Part shown: in pieces, positions 36,476 to 46,686 of the stretch | Numbering within the stretch: position 1 is the stretch's first letter | How the letters are laid out: each line of letters opens with the position of its first letter | Assembly (NCBI GenBank): GCA_050013595.1 | Contig: JBEKEY010000003.1 | Location: 1-62,699, forward strand | Length of the DNA: 62,699 nt | From: Thermoplasmata archaeon | GTDB lineage: Archaea > Thermoplasmatota > Thermoplasmata > Lutacidiplasmatales > UBA184 | Direction of reading: 5' to 3' | Notes under the pieces: generated by a model | What the model saw: only the letters and a program-made list of their open reading frames with translations | Told to the model about the DNA's origin: nothing | The model's database searches: none | Translations under genes and position numbers: made by a program

Positions 36476-38902
36476 TTAGCCGCCGGCCACAATCGCCTTC
36501 TCGAGCACGTCGAGGCGCTCCGCGAAATCCGGTCGGAAGTTCGCGAGCCCGCTGGCCCTCGCCTCGGTGAGCCAGCGACGGGCCTCGGGCCACGAGGCCT
36601 GTTCCACGGCCAGGTGCGCCAGCCGGAAGAGCATCTCCGAGGTCTCCGAGGCCGCCCGGAGGTCACGGGCCAACGTCAGGGAGGTCTGGTAGTGCGCGTC
36701 GGCCGCGGCGTAATCGCGCTCAGCCTCTGCGATGATCCCCTCGACCATCGCGATCTGTTGGGTCCCGAGCCGGTCCCCGATCGGCGCGAACACCTGGATG
36801 GCACGGGCCAGCGGAGGCCGGGCGAGATCGGTCTGACCGCGCTCGGCGTGCCACTGGGCGAGGTTGAGGTTGCAGTATCCGATCCAGATCGGGGAGCGCG
36901 AGCGGTCGGCCGCCTCGATCGCTTGCGTCAGGTCGCGGAAGGCGTCGTCCGGCCGGCCGGTGTGGTACTCCATCACGGACTGGTTCATCAGCACCCGAGC
37001 GCGGGCCCCGAAATCGCCGGCGACCTCGAAGAGCTCGGCGGCCCGGCTGTAAAGCTCGAGCGCCGGGTCGATCCTGGCCGCGCCGACCGGTACGAGGGTG
37101 TTCGCGACGTCCACGAGCGCGTGGCCAAGTTCGAGCGGGGTCCCCTCGCGCTCGGCGATCTCGAGCGCAGCCCGTTGGTGTTGTTCGGCCCGAGGGAAAT
37201 CGCCGCGACGCCAGGCAACGACGCCGAGGACCCGGTGGACGGCCATCACGTCGCGCGGCGAACCCGCCTTCTGGAGGCGTTCGAGGGACTCGGTCGCCAA
37301 CGACTCCGCCGACTCGTATTCGCTGCGTTGCGCGCGGGTCTCGGCAAGACCGAGCAGCGCCCGCCCGAGCTCGAGCTCCCCGCCGCCCTGGGTTCGGGCG
37401 AGGTTGACGGCCTCCGTCAGGAGCTCGTCCGAGCGCGGCAATACGCCGAGCTGCTCGAGGAGCCGGCCCTGCTCGGTCAGGAAGCGGATCTCCACGCGGG
37501 GGTCGCGGTTCGGTTTCCGTCGTTCCGCCTCGAGCGCGCGCGCGAGGTGAGAGACGGCCGTCTGGAACGCGAAGTCGCGCGTCGCCGCATTGGCGGCCTT
37601 CAGATTGTACTCGACCGCCTTCGGGTCGTCCCGACCGAGATAGAAGTGCCGGGCGAGTTCGGAATCGCTCGACCCCGGCTTACCTTCGAGAGCCCGACCG
37701 GCCCTCGCATGGAGAAGACGACGACGCGTCTCCGTGAGGCTCGTGTAGATGTCCCGACGGACCGCTTCGCTCACGAACTCGTAGACCTCGCCACCCTTCT
37801 CGCGGACGAGGCCGTCATGGACGAGGCGGTCGAGGCTCTCCGTGACCCTCTCCTCCCCGCTCCCCGCGACCGCCGAGAGGTTGGCGAAATGGAACTCCTT
37901 TCCGAGGACGGCCGCGTAGGTGAGGACGCGACGCTCGCGGTCCCCCAGACGTGCGACCCGTTCGAGGAGGATCTCGGTGACCCCCTGGCCGCCGGTCGGC
38001 GAGCCGCTCGGGGGGGCCGCGTACCCGGTGGCGAGCCGGACGAGCTGCTCGAGGAACAGCGGGTTCCCGTCGGTCTGAGCATGCCAGCGGCGAACGTCGT
38101 CGCGGTCCGCGGCGCGCCCGCCCAGGATCCAGCGAACGAACTCCTCCGTCTCGGGGACGTTCAGGGCGCGGACCGGTATCGTAAGGAAGTTCGGCGCGCC
38201 CGAGAGCGCCTCGATCGCTTCCCGCGTGCGCTCGGGGATGTCGGCCGTCTCAGCGAGGGTGGCCGTGATCGCGATGGAGGCCGTCGGGAGCTCCCGACCG
38301 AACCGCAGGAAGAACTCGAGCGTCGAGGTATCCGCGAAGTGCAGGTAGTCCACGGCGATGAGGAGCGGGCGCTCTTTGGCGCGGTCGAGGAGGTGCCGCT
38401 CGAGGTCCGCGAACAGCTCATCACGGCCCGCCCCGGACCCTTTGGCTGGGGTGAGTCGGATCGGGGCCAAGAGTCGCTCAAAATCGTCGGACGGGGCCTC
38501 GGTCGTGGCGCCTGTCGCTCCGGCGGTGGACACTTCGGCACGTTCCGCCAGCACGGGCATCAGGAGCGGAGGTTGCGAAGGTGTCCACAAGGGGGCCGCG
38601 GCTCGGGCCCCGGACCCGCGGTCCCGGTCCGACCCGAGCAGTTCGCGGAGCAACGAGAACGCGGGCGGCAGTTCCTCGGGGAGAGCCCGCCCCGAGAGGA
38701 CCGTGCAGCCTCGCTTCCCCGCGAGCTCGATGAGCCCGTTCATGATCTGGGTCTTGCCGACCCCGCCGGGGCCGCTCAGGAGGAGGCCCCCGCCCGCTCC
38801 GCCGAGCGTGCGGGAGAGAAGGCGCTCCGCCTCCTCGCGGATCTCTTCGCGACCGAAGATGGGCGGGCGAGGAGCGGACCGGGAACCCCGGATGGCTACC
38901 AC
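36476..38902 (-). CDS. STAND-type ATPase (AAA_16) with winged-helix module and TPR array
   Basis: LLLSGPGGVGKTQ Walker A and LLIAVDYLHFAD Walker B, then a long TPR-like repeat region. No recognisable effector or DNA-binding domain. Confidence 0.75.
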   Translation of the reverse strand: MVAIRGSRSAPRPPIFGREEIREEAERLLSRTLGGAGGGLLLSGPGGVGKTQIMNGLIELAGKRGCTVLSGRALPEELPPAFSLLRELLGSDRDRGSGARAAAPLWTPSQPPLLMPVLAERAEVSTAGATGATTEAPSDDFERLLAPIRLTPAKGSGAGRDELFADLERHLLDRAKERPLLIAVDYLHFADTSTLEFFLRFGRELPTASIAITATLAETADIPERTREAIEALSGAPNFLTIPVRALNVPETEEFVRWILGGRAADRDDVRRWHAQTDGNPLFLEQLVRLATGYAAPPSGSPTGGQGVTEILLERVARLGDRERRVLTYAAVLGKEFHFANLSAVAGSGEERVTESLDRLVHDGLVREKGGEVYEFVSEAVRRDIYTSLTETRRRLLHARAGRALEGKPGSSDSELARHFYLGRDDPKAVEYNLKAANAATRDFAFQTAVSHLARALEAERRKPNRDPRVEIRFLTEQGRLLEQLGVLPRSDELLTEAVNLARTQGGGELELGRALLGLAETRAQRSEYESAESLATESLERLQKAGSPRDVMAVHRVLGVVAWRRGDFPRAEQHQRAALEIAEREGTPLELGHALVDVANTLVPVGAARIDPALELYSRAAELFEVAGDFGARARVLMNQSVMEYHTGRPDDAFRDLTQAIEAADRSRSPIWIGYCNLNLAQWHAERGQTDLARPPLARAIQVFAPIGDRLGTQQIAMVEGIIAEAERDYAAADAHYQTSLTLARDLRAASETSEMLFRLAHLAVEQASWPEARRWLTEARASGLANFRPDFAERLDVLEKAIVAGG

Positions 38903-38926
38903 GGAAGAATCCAGCCCATCCCTAGT

Positions 38927-40537
38927 TTATAATCCTCGTTCGTCGCGCGCCCGAGGCGAGAGGGTGGCTACCGGGGGCCTCGCCCGGACGGGAGTGGGGG
39001 GCGGGAGGCCGAGCTGGTGCCCCAATTCGAGGAACGCCGGCGCGTGTTGCGGGCGCAGCTCCGTGAGATTGAGCTCGACCGCCGTGGCGTAGGCACGTCG
39101 CGCCCCTTCGAGGTCGCGAGTCTTGTAGCGGAGACGCGCGAGATGGAACATCGCCTCCGCCTCGTCACCGGAGAGCTGGAGGCGCCGGCACGTCTCGACC
39201 GCCTTCTCGTAGGCGTGCTCCGCATCCTCCCACTGGCCCCGACGCTCGGCGATCTGGCCACGGTTGACCTCCACTTGTTCGCGCCCGAGCTCATCGGAGA
39301 GGTGTTCGAGGAGCCGCGCGACCTGCTCGTTGTTCCGTTCGGCCTCCTCGAGCTGACCGAGAGCGAGGAGCAGTTCGACGCTCGAGGTCAGCGCGCGCCC
39401 CATTGCCCGGGTATCGTGGCCCCGCTCCGCCGCTTGCTGAGCCTTCTCGAGATAGTCGAGACCGTCCTGCGGGCGCACCTCGCCGGTGAGCACGCCGAGG
39501 TTGTGAAGGCCACGGGAGAGTTCGATCCAATCGCCCACTCGTTCGAGGCGTTCGATGCCGTGCGCGTACCATTCGGTCGCGATGTCGCGGACGTCCGGAC
39601 CGAGCAGCGCGAACGCGTTCCCAATGTCGATCGCGAGGCGGCCGAGGAACGGCTCGACCTCCTCGGTACCGATGAGGTCGAGGGCGCGCTGGCACTCCTC
39701 GAGGGATTCCCGGTATGCCCCCCGCTGGAACGCGACCCGCCCGAGGAGTCGATGCGTTCGGGCGCTCCCGAGCCGGTCACCGACGTCCTCGAAGAGTCGT
39801 TGCGCCTCCGTGCTCCGCTGCACGGCGGTGTCGAGGTCCAGGTTCTCCCGAGCGACCTCGGCGCGGGCGAGCAGGAGACGGGCGCGCACTCGCGGCGTCT
39901 CGGTGCCGAGGCGCTCGAGCGCCTCGGTGAAGCGAAGGTCCGCGCTCGGAAAGTTTCCGAGCGCGTAGTACAGGTCTCCTAGAGCTTCGGCGACCTCGGC
40001 CTGTTCCCCGCGTCGGTTACCGGGAAGGGAGGCCAGGTCGAGGAGGACGCGTTCGAGGTGATGCGCCGCGACCTCGGGTTCGTCCGCGGCTCGTGCCGCC
40101 TCCGCGGCCCGACGGTTGTACTCGTACGATTTCGTCGGGACCTTCCCGAGGAAATAGTGCCGGCCGAGTTCCTGCAGGACGGGGAGCGGAGGTTCCGGGT
40201 ACATCTTCTCGAGCACCTCCGCGATCTTCCGATGGAGCACCCGAAGGCGGCTCTCGGTCAGGGACCGGTAGATCCGCGCCCGGAACTCCTCTTCCGCGAA
40301 CGCGAATCGTTCGCCGCCCGCTCGCTCCACGAGCGCGCCGAGGTGGACGAGCCGCTCGAGTTCCTCCGCGAGCACCTCCTCGTCGATCCCCATCGCCCCG
40401 ACGAGCAGCGAGAAACGGAACTCGGAGCCGATGGCGCTCGCGTACGCGAGGATGCGGTGCTGCTCGGGAGAGAGCGACTCGAGCGACGGGTTCGGGCCGC
40501 TCCCCCGGCCCCGCGCCCCGGTCGCTGGCTCCGCCAT
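38927..40537 (-). CDS. ATPase-less paralog of the STAND protein (winged-helix plus TPR only)
   Basis: HRILAYASAIGSEFRFSLLVGAMG...LERLVHLGALVERAGGERFAFAEEEFRARIYRSLTE parallels RRVLTYAAVLGKEFHFANLSAVAG...LDRLVHDGLVREKGGEVYEFVSEAVRRDIYTSLTE in the neighbour. Confidence 0.7.
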   Translation of the reverse strand: MAEPATGARGRGSGPNPSLESLSPEQHRILAYASAIGSEFRFSLLVGAMGIDEEVLAEELERLVHLGALVERAGGERFAFAEEEFRARIYRSLTESRLRVLHRKIAEVLEKMYPEPPLPVLQELGRHYFLGKVPTKSYEYNRRAAEAARAADEPEVAAHHLERVLLDLASLPGNRRGEQAEVAEALGDLYYALGNFPSADLRFTEALERLGTETPRVRARLLLARAEVARENLDLDTAVQRSTEAQRLFEDVGDRLGSARTHRLLGRVAFQRGAYRESLEECQRALDLIGTEEVEPFLGRLAIDIGNAFALLGPDVRDIATEWYAHGIERLERVGDWIELSRGLHNLGVLTGEVRPQDGLDYLEKAQQAAERGHDTRAMGRALTSSVELLLALGQLEEAERNNEQVARLLEHLSDELGREQVEVNRGQIAERRGQWEDAEHAYEKAVETCRRLQLSGDEAEAMFHLARLRYKTRDLEGARRAYATAVELNLTELRPQHAPAFLELGHQLGLPPPTPVRARPPVATLSPRARDERGL

Positions 40538-40657
40538 GGTCCTCGTATTAGTCGCCGGTCGGAGTTAAAGGACTGCCTTCGGACGGCATCCGGACCGTCA
40601 CCGGCCACCCGCGGTCCCGCAAGGGTTATCTAACGCCTCCCAGGTCGGCGGCGCACC

Positions 40658-40918
40658 ATGGCAACGGCCGACCCGACGGCACACTCTCCCGCGTCTCCCG
40701 GTTACCGGGGGATGTCGATCAACCGAAAGGTCTCCTTCTGGGGGTTCGCGTCCCTCGTGGTGATGGCCGTGGCGTTCTACGTCTGGTGGGGCGTCGCGTT
40801 CGGTGTCTGGATCGATAACGGCGTCTACGCGGTCACCATTGTGTTGCTGCTGTTCGGACTCGCCGGGATGTGGCTCGTCCTTCCAAATCCACCGGCGCCC
40901 GCCCCACCCGCCCCGTAG
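40658..40918 (+). CDS. small two-TM membrane protein
   Basis: Hydrophobic profile only. Confidence 0.4.
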   Translation: MATADPTAHSPASPGYRGMSINRKVSFWGFASLVVMAVAFYVWWGVAFGVWIDNGVYAVTIVLLLFGLAGMWLVLPNPPAPAPPAP

Positions 40919-40931
40919 GCGGGCACGGTTC

Positions 40932-42359
40932 TCACAGCGGGCGACCGGCGAGCGCCCACCGGACGTCGGTGGCCGAGCCGCACGCGACGCACGCGGCGGG
41001 GACTCCCAGCTCGAGGGGTAGATCGCTCTCCGGGCTCCCCAAGAGCCCGCCCTCGACTGCCGTCTCGATGGCGTGGCCGCAGGGTTCCTGGCCGCACCAG
41101 CCCAGGATCGCGACGTGCGTGAACTCCTTCAGCTCGTCCATCGATCGGACGACCCGGAACGCATCCCGGAACTCGCCGAGCGCGCGGTCGTAGAGCGCCC
41201 GGTCGAACTCTTCGAGGAAGGTGTCCACGTCGCGTTCGAGGGTGTCCAGCGAGACCGTTCGCTTGCGGCCCAGCCGGTCGACCGCGGTCGCCGTGCGAGC
41301 GGCCGCCTCGCGCCGCCCGATCTCCAGGCGCACGGGGACCCCCTGGAGCTCCCAGCGGTAGTACTTGGCACCGGGTCGCTCGTCACCGGAATCGAGGTGA
41401 ACCCGGCGGCCGTGCCGGTGAAGACGTTCGACCGCTTGCGTCGCGGTCGCCTCGGGACCCGGCTCGGGCCCGGCGCTCGGGATCGGAACGATGACAACCT
41501 CGTACGGCGCGATCGAGGAGGGGAAGACGGCTCCTTTCGCGTCCCCGTGGACCGCGACAATGGCTCCGAGCAGTCGCTCGGAGAGGCCGAAGGTGGTCTG
41601 GTGGACCAACTTCTGGGCCCCATTCGCATCCTCGTAGCGGATGCCGTACGGCCCCGAGAAGTTCTCGCGGTAATGATGAACGCTGCCGATCTGGAGCGTT
41701 CGTCCGCCGCCCACGGGGATGTCGAAGGCGATCGAGTAGTACGCGCCCGGGAACTTGTCCCACTCCGGCCGGCGGACGGCCACGTAGGGAAGTGCGAACG
41801 ACGCGGCCATCCGCCCGAAGGCGTCTAGGTTGGAGCGGACCCGAAGGTCCGCGGTCGCCACGTCAGTCTGGCAGGTGTGCTCCTCGAAGAAATGGATCTC
41901 TCGGACCCGCAGGAACGGCCGGGTCGTCTTCGTCTCGTAGCGGAACGTGTTCACGATCTGGTAGACGTTGAGCGGCAGGTCCCGGTGCGAACGGACCCAG
42001 AGCGCGAAGATGGGATACATCGCGGTCTCGCTGGTCGGGCGGAGGACGAGAGGGATGTCGAGCTCGGAGAGCCCCCCCTTCGTGACCCAGTAGACCTGGG
42101 CGTCGAACCCTTTGATGTGTTCCTTCTCTTTCGCGAACTCGTTCGCGGGGATGAGCGCGGGGAACTCCACCGGCGCGGAACCCGTGGCCTCGATCTCCCG
42201 GATCATCACCTCGTCAAGGTGGCGGCGGGCGAGGAACCCGTAGGGGGTCCAGACGTTCATGCCCTTCACGCCGTAGCGCTTGTCGGTGAGGTTCGCGGCG
42301 TCCACGACCGCGAGGTACCAATCGATGAACGCGGTCTTCTTGTCGGGGAGCGCGGTCAT
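40932..42359 (-). CDS. proS: prolyl-tRNA synthetase (archaeal type)
   Basis: The internal ATG at 42359 gives MTALPDKKTAFIDWY... Class II motifs and a C-terminal Cys-containing domain. Confidence 0.9.
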   Translation of the reverse strand: MTALPDKKTAFIDWYLAVVDAANLTDKRYGVKGMNVWTPYGFLARRHLDEVMIREIEATGSAPVEFPALIPANEFAKEKEHIKGFDAQVYWVTKGGLSELDIPLVLRPTSETAMYPIFALWVRSHRDLPLNVYQIVNTFRYETKTTRPFLRVREIHFFEEHTCQTDVATADLRVRSNLDAFGRMAASFALPYVAVRRPEWDKFPGAYYSIAFDIPVGGGRTLQIGSVHHYRENFSGPYGIRYEDANGAQKLVHQTTFGLSERLLGAIVAVHGDAKGAVFPSSIAPYEVVIVPIPSAGPEPGPEATATQAVERLHRHGRRVHLDSGDERPGAKYYRWELQGVPVRLEIGRREAAARTATAVDRLGRKRTVSLDTLERDVDTFLEEFDRALYDRALGEFRDAFRVVRSMDELKEFTHVAILGWCGQEPCGHAIETAVEGGLLGSPESDLPLELGVPAACVACGSATDVRWALAGRPL

Positions 42360-42541
42360 GCGAGGCGAGGAAGGGGGGACGCCGGGAGTATTAGGGTATT
42401 CGGCCGAAGGGGCATCCTCCGCCGGGGGGCGCCCGGGTCGGGCGGACGAGCGCCCGAGGCGCGGCGGTCGCTCGGCGGCGTCGGGGTCGAGGGAAGTCGA
42501 CACAAGTTGTTAAGCCAACATTCGACCATGTCACGTGGGCC

Positions 42542-43627
42542 ATGCGCCTCGTCGTCTGCATCGACCGCGACGACGACCTTGGCCGAAAAGCCTCGGTCGC
42601 CGGGCCCGTGGTCGGCCGGAACGCCACCGTGGACGCCGCCGTTCGGCTCGCCACCGTCGACCCGGAAGACTCCGACACGAACGCGATCTTCGCTGCGGTG
42701 AGTCTGCTCGACGAACTGCGCGGCGCGGGCGAGGAGGCCGAGGTCTGCATCCTGACCGGTTCGCCGAAGGTCGGGATCCTGTCCGACCGGCGGGTCGCCG
42801 ACCAGTTCGACCATGTCCTCGCCCAGCTCCACGCGACGTCCGCCTACTTGGTCAGCGACGGGGCAGAGGACGAGTTCCTGTTTCCCATCCTGGCGTCCCG
42901 CGTGCGCGTGGACGGGGTCCGTAGGGTCTACGTCCGACAGAGTGCGAGCATTGAGTCGACGTACTACACGCTTGTGCGGGCGATGAAGGACCCGAAGCTA
43001 CGAGCGAAGACGATCCTTCCGTTCGCGCTCGTCCTTCTCATCCTCGGTATCGCCGCCGCCGGCGGAGTCCTCCTGTGGGGGGTCATCGGGCTCGCGATCG
43101 TCCTCGGGATCTACCTCATCTTCTGGACGTTCGACATCGACGAAGCGATCATCGACTCCGTGCGTTCCGCGTCCACCGACATCCGGACCGGTTCGGTCGC
43201 TTTCGGGTTCGGACTCTTCTCGATCGCCCTCGTGGGCCTCGGGTTCCTGTCCGGCTACAATCTCTACAACTCGAATCTCGCCGAGCCCGACATCATCCGG
43301 ATCCTCCTCTTCCTCCAAGCCGGCCTGTTCTACTGGATCCTCGCCGCCATCGTTTGGGAGACGGGTCGAGCGATCCGACGCGTCCTCGCACGCGGCCGCT
43401 TCCCACGGTCGTTCGCCGTCGCGACCACCTCGATCATCGGGATCGGATGCGTGAGCTACGGGATCGTCTACCTGGTCCGGTATCTTCAGCCGAACACCGT
43501 GTCACCCCAGCTGATCCTCATCATCGCCCTCATCGCGACGGGCTTCGGTCTGATGATCGGCGCCGGCGTCCTGCAGCAGTACTTCAAGGCGGTCGCTCGT
43601 CGGGCCGTACCCGAACCGGTCCCCTAG
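42542..43627 (+). CDS. DUF373-family archaeal membrane protein
   Basis: MRLVVCIDRDDDLGRKA N-terminal soluble domain, then multi-TM. Confidence 0.7.
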   Translation: MRLVVCIDRDDDLGRKASVAGPVVGRNATVDAAVRLATVDPEDSDTNAIFAAVSLLDELRGAGEEAEVCILTGSPKVGILSDRRVADQFDHVLAQLHATSAYLVSDGAEDEFLFPILASRVRVDGVRRVYVRQSASIESTYYTLVRAMKDPKLRAKTILPFALVLLILGIAAAGGVLLWGVIGLAIVLGIYLIFWTFDIDEAIIDSVRSASTDIRTGSVAFGFGLFSIALVGLGFLSGYNLYNSNLAEPDIIRILLFLQAGLFYWILAAIVWETGRAIRRVLARGRFPRSFAVATTSIIGIGCVSYGIVYLVRYLQPNTVSPQLILIIALIATGFGLMIGAGVLQQYFKAVARRAVPEPVP

Positions 43628-43656
43628 GGGCGAGCGCCGACCGTCCGGCTCCGTCA

Positions 43657-44271
43657 CTACCCGATCGGAACGACCTCGGCGATCCGTTCGAGGTCGGCGA
43701 GCGGGACCTCAAGCCCGGAGCGTGTTCGCAGGGTCTCGCGGACCGTGGCCACTCCGCGGCCGTGTTCGGCCGCGCGGGCGGCGAGGCTCGCGAGGTCCTC
43801 CCAGTAGTTCCACGGAAAGACGACCCAGACCCAGGCATCGCGCGGGATCTCCTCGGCGACGTAGGTGGGAACGAACTTCGAGTGCTCGATGTGCAGGAAG
43901 GCCGCGGTCTCGAGCCGAGAGGGGTGCTGCTCCGCGATGTGCGCCGCGGCCAGCTGGAGGCTCTCGCCCGTGTCGGTGATGTCGTCCACGACAAGGACCG
44001 TCTGGCCGCCGACCGGGCCGCTCAGGCCCTCGGTGAGTTTCGCGGTCCCGTCCGGGGTCGCGGTGACGCCCCAATGCTGGGCCCGCAACGAGACCAGGCG
44101 GTGGACCCCGAGCCGGTCGCAGAGGAGCCGACCCGGGACCCAGCCCCCGCGCGTGAGAGCCACGATCGTCTCCGGGACCGCACGCGCCGCGCGGACGCGC
44201 TCGGCGAGCCGGTCGGCCCACCGGTCGACGTCGCTCCACGAGGTGAGGCGACAGCGGGGGAGGTCGGCCAT
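43657..44271 (-). CDS. purine phosphoribosyltransferase
   Basis: VLVVDDITDTGESL PRPP-binding motif. Confidence 0.8.
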   Translation of the reverse strand: MADLPRCRLTSWSDVDRWADRLAERVRAARAVPETIVALTRGGWVPGRLLCDRLGVHRLVSLRAQHWGVTATPDGTAKLTEGLSGPVGGQTVLVVDDITDTGESLQLAAAHIAEQHPSRLETAAFLHIEHSKFVPTYVAEEIPRDAWVWVVFPWNYWEDLASLAARAAEHGRGVATVRETLRTRSGLEVPLADLERIAEVVPIG

Positions 44272-44305
44272 TCGGTAGGTCGACCCCGCCCCGCCCTTTT
44301 CTCAC

Positions 44306-45568
44306 TTACGGGTAGATGCCTCGGATCTTGATCGCGTCGACGACGCGCTGGATCGCGAGGACGTACGCGGCGGTCCGGTTGTGGACCTTGCGATCCACGG
44401 CGACCTTGTGGACGTCGTTGTACGACTGGACCATCACCCGCTCGAGGCGTTGGTTGACCTCGGCGAGGGGCCAGAAGTACCCCTGGATGTCCTGGGCCCA
44501 TTCGAAGTAGCTGACGGTGACGCCGCCCGCGTTCGCGAGGATGTCCGGCAGCACGGTGATCTTCTTCTGGAAGAAGATCGTGTCCGCCTCGGGGAGCGTG
44601 GGGCCGTTCGCCGCCTCGGCGATCAGCTTCGCCTGGACCTTGTCGGCGTTCTTCGGCCCGAGCTGGTTCTCGAGCGCGGCGGGGACGAGGATGTCGACCT
44701 TGAGCTCGAGCAGCTCCTCGTTCGAGATCGACTTCGCGCCGGGGAAACCGACGACGGAGCCGTTCTTCGCCTTGAACTCCTCGACCGCGTGCGGGTTGAA
44801 CCCGTCGGCCTTGTAGATGCCGCCCTTCGAGTCGGAGGCCGCGACGATCTTCGCGCCCTGCTCGTCGTTGAGCAAGTTCGCGCAGACGCTCCCCGCGTTC
44901 CCGAATCCCTGGACCGCGACCGTCCCGTTCTTCACGCGGACACCGGCGTCCTTCGCCGCCTCGCGGATCGTGTAGGCGCATCCGCGGCCGGTCGCTTCCC
45001 CACGGCCCTCGCTGCCGCCGAGGCTGATCGGCTTCCCGGTCACGACGCCCGGCACGGAGTAGCCCTTCAGGCTCGAGTACGTGTCCATGATCCAGGCCAT
45101 CGTCTGGCTGTCGGTGTAGACGTCGGGCGCGGGAATGTCCATCTCGGGCCCGATGATGCCCGCGATCTCGCTCGCGAAGCGACGGGTCATGCGCTCGTTC
45201 TCGCCCTTCGACATGTGCTTCGGGTCGCAGATGATGCCACCCTTCGCGCCGCCGTAGGGGATGTTGACCACGGCGCACTTCCAGGTCATCCACGCCGCGA
45301 GCGCCCGGACCTCGTCCAGCGTCACTTGCGGGTGGTAGCGGATCCCGCCCTTGCAGGGCCCGCGCGCCATGTTGTACTGAACCCGATATCCGGTGAACAC
45401 CTTGTAGCTCGAGTCGTCCATTCGGACCGGGAAATTGACCGTGAGTTCCCGCTTCGGGTGCTTGAGGACCTCGCGCATCCCGCCGTCGAGACCGAGGAGG
45501 TCCGCGACGATGTCGACCTGCTTCTTTGCCGTCTCAAATGGATTGACGTTAGAGCTGCTGTTCACCAT
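44306..45568 (-). CDS. gdhA: glutamate dehydrogenase
   Basis: The internal ATG at 45568 gives MVNSSSNVNPFETAKKQ... Motifs KGGIRYHP, GGAKGG and GFGNAG. Confidence 0.9.
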   Translation of the reverse strand: MVNSSSNVNPFETAKKQVDIVADLLGLDGGMREVLKHPKRELTVNFPVRMDDSSYKVFTGYRVQYNMARGPCKGGIRYHPQVTLDEVRALAAWMTWKCAVVNIPYGGAKGGIICDPKHMSKGENERMTRRFASEIAGIIGPEMDIPAPDVYTDSQTMAWIMDTYSSLKGYSVPGVVTGKPISLGGSEGRGEATGRGCAYTIREAAKDAGVRVKNGTVAVQGFGNAGSVCANLLNDEQGAKIVAASDSKGGIYKADGFNPHAVEEFKAKNGSVVGFPGAKSISNEELLELKVDILVPAALENQLGPKNADKVQAKLIAEAANGPTLPEADTIFFQKKITVLPDILANAGGVTVSYFEWAQDIQGYFWPLAEVNQRLERVMVQSYNDVHKVAVDRKVHNRTAAYVLAIQRVVDAIKIRGIYP

Positions 45569-45675
45569 AACCCGAAACCTCCGGGCAATCGACCGATTCC
45601 GATTCCTGCTACTTGAGGGTAACGTGAAGCCTGCGAGGGTGCCGCACGGTTTCGACAAGAAACGAACCCGACGGC

Positions 45676-46680
45676 TCACCCGAGCCGTGGATTTCGCCGG
45701 GCGAACGGTCGCCAACCGGCCGCGGGCATTGGTCGCATCTTCTCGTCGCGCTGCAACCAGGCTCTCTGTCCGCGCGCCACGCGACCGATCGCGGTGAGAC
45801 GTCCTCCGACCCTACGAACGGCGCGCTGGGCCGCCGGGAACGACCGGGGCGGAAGCGCGACCAGAAGTTCGTAATCGCCGCCGAAGAACGCACGACGGCG
45901 CCGTTCCGAGCTCGAGAGCGTCGGACCTCGAAGTGCGGCCGTGAGAGGGAGCTTCTCTTCGATGAGCTCGACCCGAACCCCGCTCGCACCGGCGAGCAGT
46001 CGGGAGGCCTCGGCGAGCCCGTCGGACGTGTCGAGCATCGCATGCGCCCAGCGAACGAGCACCAATCCTTCCCGAACCCTGGGGTTCACGTCCAACATCG
46101 CGGTGAGAGTCGGTCGGTCGGGGCGGTGGCTCCGACCGAGCCGCGCGGCCGCAACGCCTCCCCGCCCCACGAGGCCAGTCGTCGCGAGCAGGTCTCCGAC
46201 GACCGCGCCCGACCGGGGAGCGAGCTGCCCCTCCCGACCCCAGCCCAGCACGCTGCTCACGACCGTTCGCACCGGTCCCGGCTTCGTGTCGCCTCCCACG
46301 AGCTCCATGCCGAAGCGTGCGGCCGTGCGTTCCGCGCCCCGCGTGACAGATTCGGCCCACGATTGAGGAGTTCCGGCCGGAAGCACGATGGCGAGCAGAA
46401 GGGCCGCGGGCTCGGCTCCTTTCGCGGCCAGGTCCGAGAGACTGACCGCCGCGGCCGCGGCACCGACGCGCTGAGGAGGGGAACGTCGAAGGAAGTGGGT
46501 CCCCTCGACGAGGGTATCGATCGAGAGGACGGCGACCTTGCCCAACGGCGGACGCACGGCGGCGGCATCGTCGCCGAGCGGGAGGATACCGGAGCGTCCG
46601 GCGGGCAATTCCCGGGTCAACCAATCGTGGAACCGTCGCTCATCGATGGCCCCCGAACGCGATGCCCGACGTGCGGCCAT
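45676..46680 (-). CDS. thiL: thiamine-monophosphate kinase
   Basis: LPLGDDAAAV and an AIR-synthase-like fold pattern. Confidence 0.8.
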   Translation of the reverse strand: MAARRASRSGAIDERRFHDWLTRELPAGRSGILPLGDDAAAVRPPLGKVAVLSIDTLVEGTHFLRRSPPQRVGAAAAAVSLSDLAAKGAEPAALLLAIVLPAGTPQSWAESVTRGAERTAARFGMELVGGDTKPGPVRTVVSSVLGWGREGQLAPRSGAVVGDLLATTGLVGRGGVAAARLGRSHRPDRPTLTAMLDVNPRVREGLVLVRWAHAMLDTSDGLAEASRLLAGASGVRVELIEEKLPLTAALRGPTLSSSERRRRAFFGGDYELLVALPPRSFPAAQRAVRRVGGRLTAIGRVARGQRAWLQRDEKMRPMPAAGWRPFARRNPRLG

Positions 46681-46686
46681 CGAGCG

